64,000 nt of DNA from Octopus vulgaris. Its lineage: Eukaryota. Both the position numbers and the translations under genes were made by a program. The notes under the pieces are model-generated. The model saw only the letters and a list, made by a program, of their open reading frames with translations. It was not told the origin of the DNA and made no database searches. This document shows positions 24,316-37,074 of the stretch, piece after piece (positions within the stretch are counted from its first letter, which is position 1; each line of letters starts with the position of its first letter). The DNA is taken from the NCBI GenBank assembly GCA_951406725.2, contig OX597815.1, forward strand, positions 105,958,001 to 106,022,000, given 5' to 3'.

Positions 24316-24899
24316 AATTAAATTACATGTATTTACCTTCTCTAGCAGGAACCATGAAGTGTCAAACATACCCTTGTATGTCAGTACTACTGCGGCCCAG
24401 TTTAGTACATACTACCCTGTTATCATCCCCATCCAAACATCTAGTACTGATCACATAGGTAGTTACATCTCTTTTTGTTTTCATGTCAATCGTTTTTATA
24501 ACTGCTCTATTAAATACTTATAATTCAAACTGAGAGAGCAGTACACATCGAATATTGCCTCAAATGTGGAGGAGACCCTATAGCATTGATTCCATTTTCT
24601 TTTCTTTTTTTAGCTTCAATTTTTTTATTCTTATAAATAAAAAGTACGTGTATTTAAATACATAAATAATCCACAATAAAGTACAAATCCCAAACCGAAG
24701 AAAATAAACATTAGCGAAGAAGAAAAAAGTGAAGAACCACAAGGTTCAGTCGGTTGCACACCACAAGGTTCAGCAGAACCAACAGAAGCAAGCCAACATG
24801 TTTTGTGTTATTACGTTTTTTAGTTTACTACATCTTGGTTCCACTCTACTTCCTGATTACGTCTTTACGATAACATTCCTAGAAAAGTTAAAAATCGCC

Positions 24900-25520
24900 T
24901 TCCGTTTTCACGGGGATTTTTCAAATTTTTTTCACCACGCACTTCAAAATGTGGCGGACGTAAAGAATGTGGACGCACCCCTTTCGTTTTTTGTTTTGTT
25001 ACGGAACCCCCCATTTTTTAGTACGGAGATTTTGATTCTACAAAAAAAACCGCCTTTTAAAATTTTAATTTCCCCCCACCCGCCCCCAAATTCTTCAATT
25101 TTCACTTTTTACAGAATTTTTTTTTTTTTTTTTTTTGCGAAATACGTAGAAAAATACAGAGAAAATTGAAGAATTGGGGAGGAAGAAATAAAAATTTTAA
25201 AATGCCGATTTTTCAAAGAATCAGAATCGCTGTACTCGATTCTGTAAAAAAATAAAAATTACGTCCGCCTCAAAATGATAGGGTAAGCTTTTTATGGGGG
25301 TCGGGGACTTCTGAAATTATGGATTTTCATGGGTTCCAACAGTTTTTTTTTTTTTTTAAGGCTTCTCCCATCATTTTAAAGTGTGTAGTGCAAAATAAAT
25401 TTGAAAAAGGGCCCTGGGGAGAGGCAGAAGGGGGAAGGGTAAAAAGATTCATATATATTTTCAAATTTTTTTTTTTTTGAAGAGCGCAGTGAAAAAAAAA
25501 GTTTGAAAAATCCTCGGCAA
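24900..25520. repeat. imperfect palindromic (foldback) element centred near poly-T at ~25120-25137
   Basis: GGCGGACGTAA/TTACGTCCGCC, AATTCTTCAATTTTC/GAAAATTGAAGAATT and GGATTTTTCAAA/TTTGAAAAATCC pairs in mirrored order. Confidence 0.8.
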
Positions 25521-27636
25521 AACAAATAAAATCTAAATTATGTGGGCAGCTTATTCCTGACCTCTGCCTAAAGTTATATATCGAATGTAAAACTGGTTTC
25601 TTTACAAAGTGACCTCTCCCCACCACAACCATTTATATAAATAGAATAAAATGCATAAAAGGAAATCACATGCTTTCTAGATGTCAACCACTTTAATTAC
25701 TTACTATGAACTTATTTACTAAAAATGTGATCGTTTTCCTTTGTCAGTATAAGCAAAAGGCTTTCACATTATTCTTTATCTGATTCCTACATATATACGG
25801 GCGTTAATGAAGCTATATTCTTTTCTTAAAATAAGTCTCAAAAATTTATTTTGTCCAGAGGAAAGAAGTTATATATTTCATGAACCAACTTTGACTCTTT
25901 CTGTTCTATCTTTATGCAATTAAACCACAAATAAAACATCATAGTAGAGTATGTGAAAGTACAAAGATCTTTGATGGTGGTGGAATTAGTAAATTGGAAA
26001 AAGGTTTGCATCTTTAACATTTTCAATTTTTTGGGGGGGTCAGCAACAACTGGTGTGACTGACATGTAAAGACAGTTAGGCTTTTTTCTAGTCACTAGCA
26101 GAGCTAGAATGCATGCCACCTGTGGTGGCCCTTCAGTTTTCTGCCCCTGGGTTCCCACAAAAAATACATGTTGACTACAGCAGACCCAAAAGCAGTGCCA
26201 CCTGGGGTGGACCACCCCCTCTGTCCCCTCACCAGCTACACTAGTGTTTCTAGTCTCAAGTCACTGTAACATTCAACTTGTACAAAATATTTTATATGAA
26301 GTTTTGGTAAAGATACTACAGAGAGAATTAGATGGGTGTCACAAGTTGATTTGAATGGGTTATACACTAGAACAGAAAGCAGTACCACAAACTAGGCAGA
26401 TTGATTTTGGGATAGTTATCGTTTAACTCTCAGTCATTATTTATTGAGGAGGCTTATGAATAAAGGCATTCTAGCCATAACTATCTCATCTTTTTGTTTA
26501 GCTAAAACTATATCACTAATGTGTCCTTTCCCTTTGATGATAGGATATCATTGTTGAGAAATTATCTGCTGTTTCTTGCAGATTATGTAACCAAGTAGAT
26601 TTTCCTTCATTGGTAGTAATTTGAGAAAGTGTACTGATTAGAGAGTAATTTTTTAGGGTTCAAAAGAAAATGATCATGTGAATTGTGTCATCCTGCTTGT
26701 GAATATATGAGCAGTATTCTATTGTAGCCTATATATGTACTGAGTGATAGGAACTATACAGTGAAAACCTTAGTCTTTTAGATTAAATCTTAATGTGAAA
26801 TACATGATTGTTATGAAGTCTGATTTGTGTAGGTAGAGATATTTTATGAGGCAGAACCCTAAGAAGTATCTTCCTCATCTGCTGGCCAGATAAGAACAGC
26901 ATTATGGATCCTTAGTTAAGGACCCATGGACCATCTGCTTGCTGAACAAGATACAAAAAAGGTGAGGACAGACTAGGTACACACTATACACACCAATAAT
27001 AAGCACTATCAGAGCCTTGTATGGAATCTCAAATAAAATGGAGATGTTTACTAAAACTTTATTGGCATAGGAATCTACTGGCAGATGTCAGAGGCTGAGT
27101 ACACACTGAATGAACAAGAGAGCATGGTACAGGACTGGAAAAAGTGAATAATCTTTATCAATGACAAATGATTTACCAGTCAGTATCAGCAGAAAAACAT
27201 GGCAAGAAGGGAAATGTTGACCAGTCCCAATGCTTGCAACAGAATGAACTCTGCAAAAAGCATTGAAGAACCAAGTGGTGGTGTTAAAGCATCATCTTAG
27301 ATCTATTTGAATAATAGGGGAGAAGGCTAGTAAGTGTTTAAAGCTGAAGTATTTTCTAGCTTTGATGAGAAGTCATTTCTCTGAGATTTAGTTTCAGCAA
27401 TGTTGTAAATATGGAGTTCCTATGAAAAATCTTAAGGGTTTGTGAAGCCCTACCATAACAACCAGCTGTAATTGCCAAGGTGATAGATGTATTTAGACAT
27501 TGATCAATATGTCTGTGTTTGTTAAAAATGATGAGGTTTGAGGGAGAGTTGGCTGCTATATCCTGCAGGTCAAACCACCACTTGATCTGCTGGAAATAGC
27601 ATTTAGAAAAAAAGAAACAGGACACATCAGATAATA

Positions 27637-27990
27637 CATCATCATCATTTAAAGTCCACTTTCCATGCAGGTGTGGGTTAGATGGTTTGACATGGAGTTG
27701 ACCAGCCAGGGAGCTGTCCAGGCTCCAATTATCTATTGTGGCATGGTTTCCATGGCTGGATTCCCTTCCTAATGCCAACCACTTTACAGAGTGTGCTGGG
27801 TGCTTTGTGTGTCACCAGCACCTGTAAAGGATAAGCCTATATGTATGGATGATAGCGGTTTAACTTCACTTGGTGTGTCTTCTCAGGTACAGCAAATCAT
27901 CACAACTCCTGGTCCCTTGTGATATCTTCAGTGAAGCCCAGTATCCAAAGATCCTTCCTCACCACTTCGACCCATATCTTCCTGAGTTCT
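27637..27990 (-). mobile_element. RTE LINE 3' fragment
   Basis: (CAT)n tail, conserved block and decayed ORF end. Confidence 0.7.
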
Positions 27991-28110
27991 TTCCACATAC
28001 AGTCTTAGATGATAGTCTTAAACATATCCTGTCTATAAAATAAAGAGGTAATGCTTTTGATCATAAATTTATTTGATCATTGCTAATCTGTTGCTAAACA
28101 ATAACAAAAA

Positions 28111-28341
28111 GGCGGCGAGCTGGCAGAAACGTTAGCACGCCGGGCGAAATGCGTAAACATATTTTGTCTGCCGCTACATTCTGAGTTCAAATTCCGCCGA
28201 GGTCGACTTTGCCTTTCATCCTTTCGGGGTCGATTAAATAAGTACCAGTTACATACTGGGGTCGATATAATCGACTTAATCCGTTTGTCTGTCCTTGTTT
28301 GTCCTCTCTGTGGTTAGCCCCTTGTGGGTAGTAAAGAAATA
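28111..28341 (+). mobile_element. young Meta-like tRNA SINE
   Basis: GAGTTCAAATTC B-box and Meta-like domain; 11-bp TSD AATAACAAAAA (28100-28110 / 28342-28352). Confidence 0.9.
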
Positions 28342-28855
28342 AATAACAAAAATACTGATGAAATTGAAGTGTTTCTTGATGGGGCTCTCCTTGATCCTCT
28401 GCTTCTTAATTTGGATGTCTCTAAACATTTAATTATCTTGCCAGTACGGCGTCTTTTCTGCAGACAAATCACTTAATGCTATTTCTAGTAGGTTGAACAA
28501 CCTATAAAGGCTCCCTAGAAGCTGCTAGTCTTAGTGATTAATGATAAGTAAAATTCATAGGGAGGCATCTTTGCTGTTAAATCAATGTAGGGTTGATTAA
28601 AGGCTTTGCTAATGTCAAAAGCAAACAACTTTGCTCTCACCTATAAGCGTAGCTTGAGTGTGTGTTGCCCAAAGCGGCCCTTCTGTTTGCCACCTCTGGA
28701 CCCCACAAAAAGCACATTGTCTACAACAATAGCCTACAACAGGATGAAAAGTGCCACCCCTATCACCCCTAGCTACGCTGGTGCTCTCACCCAAGTTCTC
28801 AAGGACCTGACTTGTTGGCATATTGATAGAGCTTGTTTATAGTAGATCTTTACAC

Positions 28856-29270
28856 CAGTGGTTCTCAAAATGGGCAGTACCTCCCCCAAGGGGACACCAG
28901 GCATTAGGCTTTAGGGAGCAGTGTGGTGGGTGGTGGAGTAACATAATTAATTAAATTTTACCTTTCATAGTAATTATATTATACATGATAAAACTATTAA
29001 TGATCATTAAAATAAAATGAGATCTCATCAGGCACAGAGAAGTCATTAACTTGCAATGGTATAAAGTAAATTTACAACTTCTGCTTTTATTAATTTTTTA
29101 TCATTTCACTCTTAAAAGCTTATACAATCCTTTTTTAGAGTATAATTTATAAATTATTGTCCGTGTAAAGTTAGTTTAATCATGATACCTCACTCGCCAT
29201 TCAGGTAGCACTAAGGCATAACAACTACTTAGAAGTTGGGTGCTACAAAAAAAAAAGTTGAGAACTGCTA
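28856..29270. mobile_element. hAT-type MITE
   Basis: TIR CAGTGGTTCTCAA / TTGAGAACTGCTA with a perfect 8-bp TSD CTTTACAC. Confidence 0.88.
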
Positions 29271-30689
29271 CTTTACACAAATAATGCTGGTGATTATTGA
29301 TTAAAAACAATAATTCAAAGTGATAAAGATGCTGATCATTTATGTTTCTTAACTTGAGATTCTAAGTTTCTTTGTAAATATTTTCAGAGAGAGAGTAAAT
29401 AGAAGCCAAGTTTATTCAAGTGTTTGATAATATCTGAAATCTAAGGAAAATGCAAGGGTCTGAGTTAGCAACAATTAATCCAATGCAGCACTGAAGTGAA
29501 AGAGCCCTAAACATTAGACTTACCACTACTCCTTACTGCAATCTAACTTAACATTCTAGAAACATATTTCAAGTTAATCTGGAACAGAAAGAGAAAATAT
29601 TTGAGCGAAAGCATTTCTGTATGGTGGAAATGATCCCACCTCACTACCACATTTTCTCATTTTCTTTGTCTCTTCTTCCTTTTCTCCCCTCTCTCTTAAG
29701 TGTTGTGTGTTTTGTTTCAGGTAATTGTGGCCATTTTTAGATTAGATAATGCAAGAAAGAGAGATAGTGCCTATACCCTTTGCAAGTCACTACACTTATC
29801 AGTGTGTGATGGCTGTGTTCTGATGTTGTTGGATCAAACCAGGTTGTATTGTTCTCAGAGAATTTTTAAGATCTTTAAACATGGGGATGGAAATGGGTAG
29901 ATAGGAGTTGCCTTTCACAGGATGAAACATATCTGACATGTTTCTATAGATTGAAATAAATACCAATAGACAAAGATGAAAAGAATTTAGGCAGGATAAA
30001 GCCAACTTGGAGTACACTAGTTAAAGATGGTTGTAGGAATCAGTTTCAGTTGTCTTAGTTGAAATGAAGTGGCAAGAGTGGATTCAAAGTGAGGGTAGAG
30101 AAGAATAATTTTGTGGAGATTTTATGTATTCAATGGAGCTTTGGTACCAATGCAGGCACTAAACATAGTGCATTTGGAAGTATATTGTAAGCAGAGTCAT
30201 CATGATTACAGTATATACAAGTTTATTTTCTATTGTTCTCAACTTCTGCTCTTAGAAATTTAATAGAATCAACTACCACAGTTGTATTATTTTAGATAGC
30301 ACCTAGGAGGGCAGTAAGTCTGTCTAAAAACTGACTTAAACCATGATAACTTGTTCAAACCCTGCAAGCTTGAAAAAGTAAACATAAAAATCATTGTTTT
30401 ATTGTCCACATAGGTAGGACAGAGTTTATTGAAGCAGATTTCTTATGGCTGGATACTCTTCCTGTTACCAACCCTCACCTATTTCCCCATGGTCAGACAC
30501 GTTTTCATAGAATTTTGGAAATGACTGATACTGCTTGTATGACAGATACACACACTGATGGTCCTAATTGAAGTTTTTCTCATCAGAGAAAAACTAAAGC
30601 ATTCCAACTTTTTGGTGTTAACTTGTTTAACAAGCACTTTGCTCATATAAAACGATTCTCTCTTGTCACATCTAACATAAACTGACACC

Positions 30690-31140
30690 TTTGTATCACA
30701 TATGATCTGTACCAGATGTTCTCATGCACAACTCTTCTGATGGTGCATTCTGAAACCTTGAGATCTTTTGCAATGGTTCTGATTGACTTTCTGGAGTCTT
30801 TACCAATTATTGCTTGAACTTTTTCTACAAAGTTATGTGTTCTGATGGTATTAGCACCCTATGCATGCATTTTCTGTTTGGCTGCTGATGTTGGATCCCC
30901 ATCAGCAGCTTCCAACTCCTTTTGAACTTTGACAACAAAGGATCAAGAAACTTTTAGGATGCAAGCTCTCTATACCACTGTGCTATGCTTTTAAAGCAAT
31001 GATTACAGAGTGCCTTTTTATTTGCTGAGTTAACCCGATATCTGACATTATTTATCTCAAAAGTAAGGCAAAAGCAAAAATAAGTCAACAGAAAGTTAAA
31101 GCTTTTGAATGAGATGTCCTCAAAAAACTGACACATCCTG
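30690..31140 (-). mobile_element. Tc1/mariner (maT-like) 5' fragment
   Basis: TA-CAGGATGTGTCAG terminus at ~31140, followed by MSDIGLTQQIKRHSVIIALKA..., an HTH-like N-terminus. Confidence 0.5.
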
Positions 31141-31814
31141 TATATGCACACAAAATCTATATATGTGAGAAAGTTATGATGATTTTGAAAACTGACTGAA
31201 AACCAGCAAGAAACAGATGTTATACTCAGTAAAATCATTTAATTACATCAAGTGGAATATACACGAAAAATAGCTGTATAATTTGTTTTAATATTTGAAT
31301 TGTAAATCAGGAAACTCATAAATATAAAATTACTTTAAAAAAGTTCAATCAATAAATTTTATGTATGTTGCAAAATATTCTTTTTTTCCTCCATTCTAGA
31401 CAAAATTTGGAGAGCTATATTCAAAGGTGTCCCAGTTATAGCCATCCTGCCTTTTTAAGGGTTAAGATTAACATTTGTCCTGTTTGTTTTTTGGGGGTTT
31501 TTTTTAAGATAGTAGGCTGTGCTTTTTACAGCAGGTTGAGTGACCACATAGGCATTTTTATTGTTTATATGTATGCAAGTAGCTGAAGAGGATGAGGTAG
31601 ACCTTGTCAGAGTGTAATGGCAACAGTTGTTGTTCCTCTGTGCAGAGCTTGCAGCTAATCACATTATTGATACTGCTACTACTTTTGTGCTTGTCTGGAT
31701 TTTGGGGAGAATGGAGTGTTGCAATTAATTACTTGCATATTTAGATATGGTTTCGTCTTTGGCAGTAACTGTGAGAGTTGGAGTTTACTAAGACAACAAA
31801 CACAGCTGGTAGAC

Positions 31815-33065
31815 CTTGAAATAGCTGTTACTCAACCCCAGGAGGAGGAACACATGTCTGACAGGTACCATTCGGTCCGTAGTGTCTTAGCATTCTTTTG
31901 TCTTTTCAGAAGAAGCCATGACGCTATGAGAAACAGTTACGTGAAGAATAACAAGTCTGTCACAGCAGTTTGCCATGAGTTTCAGCACCACTTCAATATT
32001 TACCGAAGTCAGGTTGTTCCCACCCGAAAACACAATCTTATGTTGGGTGAATGCACTTTGTACATGAGATACACTAATTGGGGGCACCACAAATGGTACA
32101 GACCCCAGAAAATGCGGAATGTGTCAGACAAGCTTTGATACAGAGTCCAAATCGCACTGCTTGGAGGCATTTTACTGAACTTGACATCAGTAATCAATCA
32201 GTAAGGCATATTTTGCATGAAGATCAACATTGCCACGTGTACAAATTGGTCATTGGGCAATAGTTGAAACCATGGGACTATGCACAGCAGCTTAACTTTG
32301 CGCATCAGCTGGAAGCAATTTTTGAAGCAAATGACAAGCTCATTATGTTAATGAGTAATGAAGCTCATTTTGCTAATGAGTGAGGAAGCTCATTTTCATC
32401 TCAATGGCATGGTGAATCAACAGAACTGTCATTATTGGGCTCTTGAAACTCTGAGAGAACTGCACAAAAGACCACTGTGCAGCCCAAAAGTTATGGTCTG
32501 GTGTGCTGTTGGAAAAGCTGCCCCCATTGGTCCTTACTTTTTTGAAGACAGTAATGGAAATGCTGTTACTGAATTATGATGAAAACGTATGCCTATTCTA
32601 TGTGTGTGGTTTCAGCAGGATGGGGCAACAGCCCACACAGCCAGAGCATCAATGGACGTTCTTCACCCTCTCTTCAGTGACTGCCTCATTTCCAGGTTTG
32701 CTGACATTCCTTGGCCCCCTCAGTCCCTTGATTTGTCCGTGTGTGATTATTTCTTGTGGGGAAACTTCAAGGCATGTGTGTATGCACATAAGCCCCATAC
32801 ATTGGACAATTTGAAGGAAGTTATTCACATGGAAGTCACCTAGGTTGACAGCAATGCTGGAGAGAGTGGAGACCAACTTCCAAGAACACCTTCAGAAATG
32901 CATTGATGAAAATTGACATCACATGATGGATGTCATTTACCACACTTGATTTTGGCAAATGCTAATTTCATACGAACTCATTTATGTCAATAAAATTTGT
33001 TCGCAGCTAAAATTAATGATTTTATGAATTTTTCAAAAATGTCCGTCCTCCCCCCCCCCCCCCTG
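31815..33065 (+). mobile_element. DD41D (rosa-type) Tc1/mariner element, decayed transposase
   Basis: SEEAHFHLNG.VN.QN, WFQQDGATAH and WPPQSLDLSVCDYFLWG motifs; 41 residues between the 2nd and 3rd catalytic D; right end ...CCCTG-TA. Confidence 0.88.
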
Positions 33066-33934
33066 TATAAGGGTGCAGTCTGTCATGATGCAAAAGGTAT
33101 TGCAGATTGTTGGGGTTCTTTGTGGAGAGATTTGAGACCCAGCTGGAATTAATTATCCATGATTCATCTCAAACATTGTATATTTCTCCATTGTTAGAAG
33201 CTTCCTTTATTTTCCTTTTACTACTACTATTGTATATTTCATTTGTTGAACGAAATACACACTGAATCTTCTACCCTCTAGTATACTACTTTCTAGTATT
33301 TAAATTCATAGGTTTCCTGATTTACAATTCAAATACTAAAACAAATTATACATGATATGTTTCATGTTTATTCCACTTGATGTAATTAAACGTATTTGTT
33401 GAAGTATAACATCTGTTTCTAGCTTGTTTTCAGTTAGTTTTCAAAACCACCATAAATCTCTCATGTATGTAGAGGGTAAATATAAAATTAATTTTCTGCA
33501 GCCAGATTGTATGTGTATGTATGTGGGAAGGAGTAGTTTAAAGATTGATTTATGATTGAAACATTAATTTAGTCTGGTAAATATATCAAACTCAACAGAA
33601 AAATGAATCTTTGGTGACTACTGTTTCACCTCAGGTCAACTCTGATTGAGCAGATTAATGACCAAAAGCATTGTGCGCATCACCATTCTGTCTTTTCATC
33701 ACAGGCTACTATATCTAGTAAGCTCTCCTCTTTTTAAAGACAGTACCATATGAGTTGTAGGAGATTTAGCTGATATTTCAAAAAGTATATAGACTCTCTC
33801 ATTGGTTTGTAGTAATTACAGTTGGTTGATCTTTTAGTTTATTACAATTATTGCTATCATGGAATAAAATCAAACGGGTGCACCATCAAAGTAGGCCTTA
33901 TAATCACTAATTCTTTTCAGTGGCTCCATATCTA

Positions 33935-34150
33935 TAACAGGACTGAAAAGTTCCTGCCTTTGGGTAAAAGAAAATACAGGAGGATCAGTTAATTGTGGTT
34001 TTATTCAACATATTCCCCGCTCAGATTCACATACTTATTGTAACAGTCCTTCAGTTTTTCTAAGCCTTGTAAAAGAATTTGGAAGTTTGGGCCTCTAACT
34101 AGGCTTTTTGCAATACCCTTAAAGTCAGGAATTTTTCAGCACCCACTCAT
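33935..34150. mobile_element. mariner-derived MITE
   Basis: CTGAAAAGTTCCTG / CAGGAATTTTTCAG inverted ends; about 215 bp. Confidence 0.65.
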
Positions 34151-34670
34151 ATATTTCAAATCTCAAGTCTTCCTCTCACTATTAGAAAATACAAGTTTAA
34201 CTGCACCATGTGGGCTCTGCTTTTAGCAGAATTGACTCTATTGCAAGTATTCAGACAAGTCCTCTCCTTAAAAACACAGAATTCAAGATTTTCTGGTTGA
34301 ACACTAGCTTCATCAGTTTCATCAGCCTGAAATTGTCTGCAAAGTTCATGGGCATTGCACCACCTTTTCTGGCTAATGCATGTGAGTAGTACTTTTTTTA
34401 AAATCATATCTAGAATGCTGTTACTGTTACACAAAAAATAATATTCAACATCAGAAATAAAAAAAAAAAACACCATTCATTAGAAAACCATTAGGTTGCT
34501 CAATTTTCTAGAAAAAGTGCCAAGTCTCCCCCAAAACATACCATACTGTCTTGAAAAAAAAAAGTGAGGGACACCTTGGATGATGTAGTCTTAGATGGAC
34601 AAAAAGATGGGATTGATCATGAGAGGAAAAGTTTTGATTATAGTTCTGCTTAACCAAAGTTGACCTATAA

Positions 34671-37074
34671 CACTGGTCAACAAAATTCAAACTTTTTGCT
34701 GTCCCATAATCTAAAGATGTACTTTATAGTACTTTTAACACAGATTTCAAATCTGTTTTTAGAATTTATCTATCAGGCATGATTTTTATGTGACAGTAAT
34801 TAAATTATACAATAAATATACTATATAAATGCAAAAATAAGGCTGACAATTATTATTGGTCAACAGAATTAATGAAAAATTCTGTCCCACAAATAAAAAT
34901 GAGTGAACTTGATAGCATTTTATCTGCAGAATTCAAGTGTATTTTCAGATTTTTCTATAAGTCATAGTTTTTCTGTGGTAGCATATGTAAATTATTAACC
35001 AATTGTATTTCATGAATTCAAAAATCAGGCTGATATTACAAGGAAACTTACCTTTAAATCGTAGAGGCATATGATTTTCAACTGTATTTAGCTTTTGGAC
35101 TGTCCCTTTTTAGTGACCAACAATAATCAGCCAGTATAGAAGAGCTCCACTTTCCTTGGTACCAGGTTTCCATGTCCAGAATGTCCTGCTGAAGCCTCTT
35201 GCTGTGCTCATCAGTGACAGCCCCAAGAGCTGCAGGATAAAAGTTCAAGTGAGAGTTCAAGAAGTGAATTTTTAGGTTCATATTGCATCCTAAGGCCTTG
35301 TATGATGTCAGTAGCTCTTACACAATGTCAGAATAGTTCTCTGCTCTGTGATTCCCCAAATCTCTCTGCAAACTTTCTTCAGTGACAGCTACACAGCTTT
35401 TTCAACATCGTCGACCTCTTCATCAAACTTTTGGTCTCTTATCAGCTCCCTTATCTGTGGCCCAACAAAAATACCCTCCTTGATTTTTATGTCACTTATA
35501 CTTGGAAATTTAGTTTTCAAGTACATGAACCCCTTGCCAGTCCTATTCATTCCTTTAATGAAATTTTTCATCAACCCTAGCTAAATATGCAAAGGAGACA
35601 GATAAATTTTCTCAGAATCAATAAGGGGAGGATTGATGACATCCTTCTGTCCAGGAATTGGAGATCGTTTCAATCACACATTCTTTACATAATGATTTTT
35701 CTTATCCTGACTGTCCCACTCACAGTGAAAGCAACAAAACTTGGTGTAACCCAGCTGCACTCCAAGTAAAAGTGCCACAACCTTTAGGTCACCACAAATA
35801 TTCCACTTATGTTCCTCATACTTAATTTTTTGCAACAGAAGCTTCATACTCTCTCATGTTTCTGTCATGTTAGCTTCATGGGCCAGAGGAACAGAAGGAA
35901 ACTTATTTCCGTTGTGGAGTAAAACTGCTTTCAAGCTTACTTTTTAGGAGTCAATAAACAAACACCACCCATTCATGATATATTTGTGGTTAAGTTTCTC
36001 CATAACAGAATATACAGCATTACAAAACATCACACTGTCCTCAAGTGAGAAAAAATTTGCAACATCACAATGCCAAGCACAATAAAAACTAACTTTGATC
36101 TCTTTCTGGAGAAGATTCCAGCCCTTTAACCTGGAACCAAGAAGTTCAGCTTGCTTTTTCAACAAGTTTAAATTCTGCACAAGATCATTCAGATCTCCCT
36201 GACACAACAAATATGGTTCACTTGAAGAACAATTAGGCTCAAAATCCATGTCTTCTGTTTCTTTCTCTACATCTTCATCCCTTGACTCATTGTCACTAAG
36301 TGTCATTTGTTTTGGAGGATCAGGTATAGATAAGTGTTGACTGTGAAGTACTGGTCTCATAGAAGATTGTAAATTAGGATATTTTACAGTATGCTTGGAT
36401 TTTGATGATATACCTAATGTATTTGTCGTGCAGAAGTAGCAATCTGAAGTGTGATCTTTGGGCTCTCTCCAAATCATAGGGATCGCAAAAGCCATATGGT
36501 GTGAACCTTTAGCCCATACAGTGAGAAGCCTGACACAAGTTACACAACACACATGAGGAGTCCAGCTTTTATCCTGGTCACTCACTTTGAGGTCAAAGTA
36601 ATGCTCATAGCACTTTTTAATCAATGGCGTGAAACTTTGTGACTTGAACATTAAGTCTCCGCAAATATAGCAAATGTTGTTTGCGATGTTTCTTGGCTTT
36701 ATGAAGGTGACTGGAATATATGAACTTAGTACACAACCACATGTCTACACTTCAAGCACAGTACTGACAAAGCATCGGGGATTCATTGACTCAGTGTTGA
36801 CAAGCTTCGGTGACTCATACACTTAGATTTATGATTTCATTAGGTTAATTCTATTCATAAACTTTTAAATTAGGAGTATTTCTTAAACCATTAGCTTCAC
36901 ATTTCAACAGCTTTGCTGAAATTTAGCCCATGTAACAGGAACTGAGAGGGATATTGTGGAACAGAGAAACTGTTGGTGATACAAATAATTTGACATTATT
37001 TTCGAATTCTGCATGCAAAAACATATAAGATACAGGTATTCTTTTTCTTGGGACAAATTCTTTGTCGACCAGTG
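34671..37074 (-). mobile_element. full-length Chapaev3-type (CMC) DNA transposon with disrupted transposase
   Basis: CAC...GTG termini, TIR CACTGGTC(A/G)ACAAA, 3-bp TSD TAA on both sides. ORF pieces DQDKSWTPH.CC..C, WREP..H..DCYFC, KEGIFVGPQIR and KIHFL.SHL...DEHSKR.QQD...YQGKW...LADYCW. Confidence 0.85.

Noticed and set aside
24729-25632. 146-aa and 101-aa ORFs
   Set aside because: They arise from the A/T-run-rich palindrome; Phe/Lys-biased with no homology.
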